From the human T2T-CHM13v2.0 reference genome, Homo sapiens: a DNA stretch of 64,000 bases. The stretch lies in NCBI RefSeq assembly GCF_009914755.1, contig NC_060926.1. One strand, written 5' to 3'. Every line of letters begins with the position of its first letter. The first letter of the stretch is position 1. This document shows, one piece after another, positions 54,622-64,000 of this stretch. Made by a program: the position numbers and the translations under genes. The notes under the pieces are model-generated. The model was not told the origin of the DNA. It was given only the letters and a program-made list of their open reading frames with translations, and did not search any database.

Positions 54622-54780
54622 GGCCAGGTGTGGTGGCACAGGCCTGGAGCCCTAGCTATTCAAGAGGCTCAGGCAGGAGGATCACTTGAGCCTAATAGTC
54701 CAAGTTTGCAGTGAGCCCTGGCCATGCCACTGCGCTCCAAACTGGGCAACAGAGTGAGACCCTGTCTCAACCAAAAAAAG
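54622..54780 (+). mobile_element. Free right Alu monomer (FRAM-like)
   Basis: Single monomer starting 'ggccaggtgtggtggcac', with 'ggaggatcacttgagcc'; degenerate TSD aaatgcttttaaa / aaattcttataaa around monomer plus tail. Confidence 0.85.
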
Positions 54781-54830
54781 AAAAGAAAGAAAGAAGAAGG
54801 AAGGAAGGAAGGACGGAAAGAAGGAGAGAG

Positions 54831-54893
<63 letters not shown>

Positions 54894-54915
54894 AGGAAGG
54901 AAAGAAGGAAAGAAG

Positions 54916-54949
<34 letters not shown>

Positions 54950-55031
54950 AAGAAAGGAAGGAAGGAAGGAAGGAAGGAAAGAAGGAAGGAAGGAAGGAAG
55001 GAAGGAAGGAAGGAAGGAAGGAAGGAAGGAA
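54781..55031. repeat. (GAAA)n/(GGAA)n polypurine microsatellite derived from the Alu tail
   Basis: About 250 bp nearly pure purine; 12 consecutive GGAA at 54984-55031. Confidence 0.97.
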
Positions 55032-55071
55032 ATTCTTATAAACATGCAAAACAAGATTAATAGTTATTAAA

Positions 55072-55173
55072 TTTTTTGAAAGGCAGACTCTCGCTCTGTC
55101 ACCCAGGCTGGAGTGCAGTGGTACCATCACAGCTCACTGCAGTCTCAACCTCATGGGCTCAAGCAATCTTCCT
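55072..55173 (-). mobile_element. AluJ-type right-arm fragment, truncated
   Basis: 'catcacagctcactgcagtctcaacctcatgggctcaagcaatcttcct', then an abrupt switch to the duplicated segment. Confidence 0.88.
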
Positions 55174-55294
55174 AACATACTCCTTAAAGACATGATCTCA
55201 AAAAAAAGTATTAAATGGTAGGAAGAATAGACGATCCTATTGTTGACTTAATTTTTGGTTTATATCAGAAAAGGAAAGGGCCTTGTGGACTTGA
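55169..55294 (+). repeat. Templated copy of 53447-53571
   Basis: About 97% identical direct repeat. Confidence 0.97.
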
Positions 55295-55492
55295 TGATTT
55301 TAAAAAGGAGAGTTTCCCTACCCAAGCTCTCTTCTCTTGTCTGCCACCATCTGAGATGTGCCTTTCACCTTGCTCCATGATTGTGAGGCCTCCCCAGCCA
55401 TGCGGAACTGTACTTCTAATAAACCTCTTTCTTTTGTAAATTGCCTAGTCTTGGGTAAGTCTTTATCAGCAGCGTGGAAACAGGGTAATAAA
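55292..55492 (+). mobile_element. THE1 (C/D-like) LTR, 3' half only
   Basis: 'ccatgattgtgaggcctccccagccatgcggaactgt...aataaacctctttc...tctttatcagcagcgtggaaa'. Confidence 0.92.
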
Positions 55493-55494
55493 TG

Positions 55495-55850
55495 TATGTT
55501 GTCAATTTTTATATTGGGATGCTTGAACTTATTATTATGGATCTGAAATAACTTTTTACATTACAAGGATTAAACCTTTCTTACATATTTTTAGTATGTG
55601 AAAGAAGGTATCCCATGTAGGTACTTTTGGCTATATAACTTAACATATTTTTATATCACAAAGCTTTCACAATTTTATATAGTCAAATTAATATTTTCAT
55701 TTATAGATTCACCTGGGTGGTATGCTTAGGAAGCCCTCCCTCACAATAAGAGCATGTTAATATTCACCTGTGTTTTTTAGTTTGTATTGTTTATTTTTAC
55801 ATTTAATACTTAGTCCATGTGGACTATTATTTATTTACATTTAACACAGC
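55495..55850 (-). mobile_element. Ancient L1ME-like remnant
   Basis: 'aattttatatagtcaaatt...tatgcttaggaagccctccc...ttttacatttaatacttagtccatgtgga'. Confidence 0.6.
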
Positions 55851-57821
55851 TGCTTCTACATTGTTTCATTTGTTTTATTCTAGGATAGGCTCAGTTATTG
55901 AATTGTAATGTGTGTCTTCCATTCTAAATTCAACATTTCCTCAATATCTAGGACTATCCATCTGATAGCTAAGCTAAGACTCCTGTGAGAAATGACAAAT
56001 AAGACATGGCCTACTTTTAAGAAGTAACCAATTTATTAATAGTTTTAGGGAAATATAGATTGACCAGTATAACAACTACACTATAAATATGGATTCATCA
56101 AAGCATTGAACTGGATCTTAATTACATGTAGTGTTTCAAAAGGAAAAAAAATGTAGTAATAGACATTCTAGGCAGAGAAAAGATACTCTTTTAGAGTTTT
56201 TTTTTTTAAGGCAAACCACAATTTCTAACATAATTTAATGTATTGACATCAGAGGGGAAGAAAGTTTTCTAGTTTTAAAATCATCGCCCTCTGATATGTT
56301 GTCTCTGTCTCATGATACCATCTGTGTTTGTATTCATGTATGTATTCATTACATAACTACTCACCCAATAGGGATTTATCCAGTCTCATAATTTTTTTAA
56401 TAAATCACTTTGCTTTAAAAAGTTATCCCAAGAATTCTGAGACGGTTCATTTCAATGTTTCTCTTCATTTGTCTCTTATTGTTACTATATTTGACTCTCA
56501 TTCAGTCCTCAAACCTCCTTACTGCCTTAGTCAGTAGGGTTCACAATGAGATTTCACAGAGTAAGGATCTATCTTGGGTCATTAACAGTAAGTTGGCTAT
56601 AAAGCCATCTGAGTTTTTTTCATGATCAAAAAGTTGTACTGGCTGCAAGATTATAAGGCAGCAAGAAAGCTATGCTGACAACTGCAGAAAGTATTTCATA
56701 GAGATAAAAAAAACTCATCATTTTTCGCAAGCTGACTCTCTTTTGCTCAACCTATATTGTAAGCTTGTATTGTTCTCACGCCCAAGCAATGAATGTATGT
56801 TGATGCCTTTTTCTCCTTTAAGAAATACATTCCCATCTGAGTTCTGTTTGTCACAAATGTTTAGACACACAGCTGTCTATCTGTAGTGGTTCTGCATACT
56901 TGTATATTGAAGAATGCATTCCAGTAAATGTTCTTTATAAGCCAACAGTACAGCCTGTTCCTTTGTTCCTGACTTGAGTCCCAAGATTTCTTAACTTTAA
57001 GGAATTGTTACTTCTGCATATGACTAATGGAAAACAGCAATCCTAAGATGACTTGGAAATCATAACCTAGAGCTAAAAAAAAATTGTCATTTTAACACGC
57101 TAAAATTCCCAATACTCCTTCACTAGTTGCTGCTGCAAAGACAGTACTTCTGTAACGAATAATACATGATTGAGGGTGTGGGGAAAGACACAGATGTTCT
57201 GTAACAAGGGGTAAGGGGAAATAAAACTGTATAAATGCTATAATGCTTTTGTGTAATAGTGCACACTTTCAAAGTAGGAGGACAGTCAGCAAGCCTATTG
57301 CAAACTGCTAAATATCCATACGGTGTCCCAGGGAGACCCATCAGCAGAGGTTCAGGTAAATGTGCAGCAAAGGCTCTCATGCCTGGAATGAAATAAGAGG
57401 AAAAATATTATAATTTAAACTTTTAAAATTTGATATGATAGCTGTAAAAAGAAACCATTTTAGAGTTCTTGTTTTCAGGGAACAGAAATCACTGTGGGTT
57501 ATGGCTGGCTGTCTTCAAATAAATTAGTTGAAGGAAAATAGTGGGATAAAGCGATGTACAGGAGACTGGATACTAAGTGTGGGAAATAGTCAGGATACCA
57601 AGACCCTGTTGATGGGCAGGCAGGAGGAATCCAGTAAAGACAGGAGCAGAGGTCTGCACTGGTGCTGCAGAGCCATGCCACCCAGCTACCTCCTCCCACT
57701 CACTCTGTGCCCAGGTCTTCAGTGATGCCTGCCCAACAAGCCTCTTCTATTCCCCTCTGCAGTTCACGCTCACATTCTCGACAGAAGTTATTTCTCATCT
57801 TCTCTATTCTCCTAAGCTCAA

Positions 57822-58504
57822 TGATGCTGCACTAGTTTTAGCCACCTCTACAGGTTGAGGGAGCACAGTCCACACAAGACCAGTCTCAATTCTGACACCA
57901 AGTCCAAGTTCAAGGAGCTCCCGAGAAATCCCAAGCTTCAATAATTCACTAGAGGGCTGCTCACAGAAGTCACAGAAACTGTAACACTCATGGTTGTGGT
58001 TCTCATGGGGAAAGGATACAGATTACAATCAGCCAAGGGAAGAATTGCTTAGGGCATGGGCTGAGAAAGAAACGACATGGAACTTCCATTGTCCTCTCCC
58101 CATGGAACTGAGACATGGTACTTTTCCAGTAGCGATGTGTGACCATACACACAGATATTGCCAACCAAGGAAGCTCACCTCAAATCTAGAATCTTTAACA
58201 GGCCCCTATCACATCAGTGTGACTGATTGTTCCGTTGTTCATGTGTTTGATCTCAGTCTACAGGATAGACTAACACCATATGACCCAAAGAACCCACCAC
58301 CCTAGCTCACATTTTCAGTCTCTCTGGCATTGCCAGTCCCTACTCTAAATCATATTGTTAGACTATCTAACGTGGGTCAAGGCCCTAGGCAAATAAAGAC
58401 ATTTCTGCCAGGCATGAGATTCCAAAAGTTTAAAGATTACCACCCAAGGCCAAGAGCAAATGTCAGACCTCTTTGGGGTCTAAGATTAAACTCTTTACAA
58501 CACA
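57822..58504 (-). mobile_element. MER21-type LTR
   Basis: 'acaggttgagggagcacagtccacacaagacc...aataattcactagaggg...aaaggatacagattacaatcagccaaggga...gtcagacctctttggggtctaagattaaactctttacaacaca'. Confidence 0.85.
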
Positions 58505-58559
58505 GTTGCCACCTTTGACCTTACTTTCAGTGGTTGTCTTCATTTTCTAACTCAAAGAG

Positions 58560-60320
58560 GATAGAAGCAATGAGACAGAAGAGTCTTCAAGCCTCACTCA
58601 TCAAAAACACCCCATTATTTGCATTTGCATACGCCCTGTTCTCTGAACCTCCTCTTAAAACAGATGAGAATCTTTCTTCCTTTCTAAAACTAATCTCTGT
58701 ACTTGTGCTCTCAATTCTATCCCCTGATGCTTTTTCAGGAACTTCATTCTTATGACAAATGCCTTCTCTTTCCTTTACGCTCAGTCTTCCTCTCTGTATT
58801 CACACTTTTCATTGACATTTAAATATGCTCATGTCTTCCAACATAAATATAAAATTTTCCCAATCCCCACTACCATCTTCTGCTAGCATCTTCAGCTGCT
58901 GCCCTCTGCACCTACACTGCCTTTTCTTTTACTTTTTTTTCTTTTTTATTTCCATAGATTATTGGGGAACAGGTGGTGTGTGGTTACAAGACTAAGTTCA
59001 TTAGTGATGATTTGTGAGATTTTGGTACTGCCTTTTCTAAGGTTACCAGTGCCTTCCTTAGTGTAAAACTAATGGCACTTCTCAGTTTTATCAATGCAAA
59101 TCTCTTAGCAACTCTGAAAGTGTTTTCACATTCGAGAAACACTGCTTTATCTTCTTCCCTACAAAATGCTCTGTCTTCAGTTTTCTGGCTCTTTCTCCTC
59201 AAATTTGTGACCATTCCCCCACCCCCCCACTCCCCGCCTTTTCTTTTAGCATCCCTCAAATGCCAGAGTAGTGACTGCTCTGAACATTCAGTTGGACTCT
59301 CTCTGCCCTCTGTTCTGGGCAATTTCATCTATTTTCACGGCTTCCATTCCCATTCAAACTTCCATCCTCAAATATTTCTCAAGCTCTGGATTTGCTCAGC
59401 TTCTTGAATCTCTCTTCCTGGGTAACAGATAAGCTCTTCAAACTTAATATTCCAAACTAAATCATAATCTCCATTCTCTCTTCTGCAACTCATGCCAATT
59501 CTGTTACTCTTCTTATGCAGTCAGCCTTAGAAATGGATACCAGCAAACTTCATTGCCCAGAGTAGAAACCTGGGAATCCTGTTTGATGAGCCCCTCTCCC
59601 TCCACAGAAAATGACTCATGTCACACTGTTGATTCTATGCTTTTGAAAGAACGGAAGAACTCATCTCCATTCCCATTCCCACCATGCTGGGTCAGTCCTA
59701 CATTTTGTGTCTGTGTATTGCAAAAACAATCACTTTCTTTTATTATCTGCCTCCTGTCTTACCAGGAACTGTTTTCCTCTGTTCTTGCTCCCCAGTGAGA
59801 CAAAGTTTCCTTGCTAAAATGCAAAGTTTTATGTCATTCTGCTGCTTCGTTACTTCAATCATTTCAGTGACATTTCTCTTAGGATGAAGTCTAAGATCCT
59901 TAGTGTGACCCAAAGGACAGTTGTGTTTCTTTCCTACCTCCTCAATGTTTCCATCTCACTTTGTGCCTCTTTATAAATCTACAACTCTGCCCTATGCCCC
60001 CATGCTGCCACCTCTTCAGCTTTGAGTATTCCATGCTCCCACTTCAGGCCTTTGTCTATGCCTGCCTAACACCCATTCAGTTGTCGGCTCTAAACTTGGA
60101 ATCAATTATCCTGGGAAGCAGTCTTCACTTCCCTGAGCCTGAATTGAGCTAGGTGCTCACAAATCTCTGTCCCTTAGCCTTTATTCACTATATTGGAATT
60201 GCTTGCCTTGTCTGTTACATTGGATGTTTTATGATGATAGATGCACTGTAACTTTTGAGCACTACTGCATTTTCATTAATTTAGCATTGTGTTTAACACA
60301 TAGTAGCTACCTGAGAAGGT
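58560..60320 (+). mobile_element. Long degraded L2, interrupted by L1PB fragment
   Basis: Pyrimidine-rich L2 ORF2 motifs ('ttcaaacttaatattccaaactaaatc', 'agaaacctgggaatcctgtttga', 'aggatgaagtctaagatccttag'); 3' end 'aacacatagtagctac'. Confidence 0.75.
58928..59026 (-). mobile_element. About 100-bp L1PB1-like 3' terminus
   Basis: 'ttatttccatagattattggggaacaggtggtgt...gatttgtgagattttggt'; perfect 12-bp TSD actgccttttct at 58916-58927 and 59027-59038. Confidence 0.88.
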
Positions 60321-60714
60321 GAGTGGACAGAAATAGGCTGGAAATGAAAATTAAGACTTAGTTGTGAAAGAACTCGCATGCCAGGCTGCTGACTTTGTCC
60401 ATGGAAGCATCAAAGAAGGAAAGTCCATGAAAGCCTTTGGAAAAACTGTAACATCATGAGACCTTACATGTTCAAAATGACCACAATGTCAAATCCAGAA
60501 AGCACATACCTATTTTTTTCTAACTTTTCTCTATAATTTTTGCTGGCTTATGCATTATAAAGTGCCTTTTGCTCCCTTTGGTTACAGAGATTCCAGGTAG
60601 ATCCACGGAATGTGTTCCATGAAATCCACTGATCCATTGAAATCCATGAATGCTTTCCTCTGCAAGATTTCTCTAGCCATAGTTTATATTAGTCTTTGCT
60701 TTAACAACTTGAGC

Positions 60715-60880
60715 ATTATGTTACGTTAGAGTTTACAAAGCACTTCCAAATGAAAGGTTCATGTCATCATTGTGACAGCTCTGAGAATGCCCATTGGAGG
60801 ATAAAATGAATGAGGCCAGAGACTTTAGAGACATGCTGGCCCATAGACAAATGCTAATGGAAGTGAATCTTGCTAGGGCA
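60715..60880 (-). mobile_element. MIR remnant
   Basis: 'gtttacaaagcacttcc...gaatgaggccagagactttagagacatgctggcccatagacaaatgctaat'. Confidence 0.55.
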
Positions 60881-60887
60881 CACACAT

Positions 60888-60972
60888 TATTAAGTTGGAC
60901 CCTATGAAATTGCCATTTTTGTATGTAAAAAAATGATTGAATATTGGCAATTTCATACCCTTCAACCTAATA
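60888..60972. mobile_element. MADE2 (mariner-derived MITE)
   Basis: About 85-bp palindrome 'tattaagttggaccctatgaaattgcca...tggcaatttcatacccttcaacctaata' with TA ends. Confidence 0.9.
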
Positions 60973-61484
60973 CATCTTGAAATAATTAAGTGACTAAATA
61001 ACACAATTTACACATAACCAATTGTCAAAATGAGTGACAAATGTAATAAATGTTATGGACAGACAGTAATTACATCAGCTGAGGATGAGCCTGGAAAAGA
61101 CTGAGTTATCAATCTTTCCTCCATGACTGTTCACTTATCTTCTCCCTTGTAATGGTACCAACTTTTCTTTATGTCCTGAGTCATGTATATGTTTCGTTTG
61201 AAGATCCTGCCATAACACCAAAGACTTTATAGAGTACATTGAAACCAACATCTCCCTATTCAGACCTTCACCATGTCCTTCACTCTTATGGCTCCTAAAT
61301 CAGAAACTCTAGATTTCTCTGGGCCACATTCTTCTCTCTTTTTTTTTTTTTTTTCCTATGCAAAGTCTGGGATCAAGTCCAAATGAAGTAACTTTGAAAT
61401 AATTAACACACTGATTTCTTCTTTAAAAATGACTACAGTTTGCATAATTCAACCACACCTTACCCAAATCAGCAGTAAAGCCAG

Positions 61485-63890
<2,406 letters not shown>

Positions 63891-64000
63891 TTTCATTTAC
63901 TTTCCATTGTCTTTCTATCTTTCTCCTTCTGTCTCTTACTTTCTCCTTCTCCTTCTCCTAACCTCTTCTTCTCCTCTCCCTCCAGCCACTGTATCTATTG

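Noticed and set aside
54669-55130. Long K/E/R-rich and F/L/S-rich ORFs
   Set aside because: Artefacts of stop-free microsatellite plus Alu; the same applies to 21546-21902
53447-55294. Direct repeats as LTRs or a giant TSD of a composite element
   Set aside because: No TG...CA ends, the interior is old unrelated TEs, and both neighbours of the second copy are truncated, which fits templated repair better
60888-60972. Long hairpin resembling a pre-miRNA or terminator
   Set aside because: Explained by MADE2 terminal inverted repeats

Overview
Primate (human/hominoid-type) non-coding genomic DNA, AT-rich and CpG-poor. I find no supportable protein-coding gene, tRNA, rRNA or CRISPR array. The window is a mosaic of transposable elements: Alu (FRAM, AluJ/S/Sc/Y), L1 (L1PA, PB, MA, MC/MD, ME), L2, MIR, LTRs (MLT1, MLT2, THE1, MER21, LTR33-like) and DNA elements (MER58A, MADE2). 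Many are nested and have readable target-site duplications (TSDs). Between them lie TE-poor unique blocks that look like developmental cis-regulatory sequence, above all ~9.6-16.4 kb. The only recognisable protein frames are L1 ORF2p C-terminal remnants. I do not see a novel multi-gene system. The most notable signals are mutational scars and candidate regulatory elements: a 125-bp templated insertion joining a truncated AluJ to a truncated THE1 LTR next to a long GGAA/GAAA tract; an Alu with an internal inverted duplication; an Alu with an inverted linker; an Alu whose poly(A) tail is replaced by a G4-type motif; a four-arm quasi-palindrome in an old L1; a CTCF-like site; and twin HNF1-like sites. 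Subfamily calls are by eye from remembered consensus sequences, boundaries of old elements are approximate, and I could not identify the locus.
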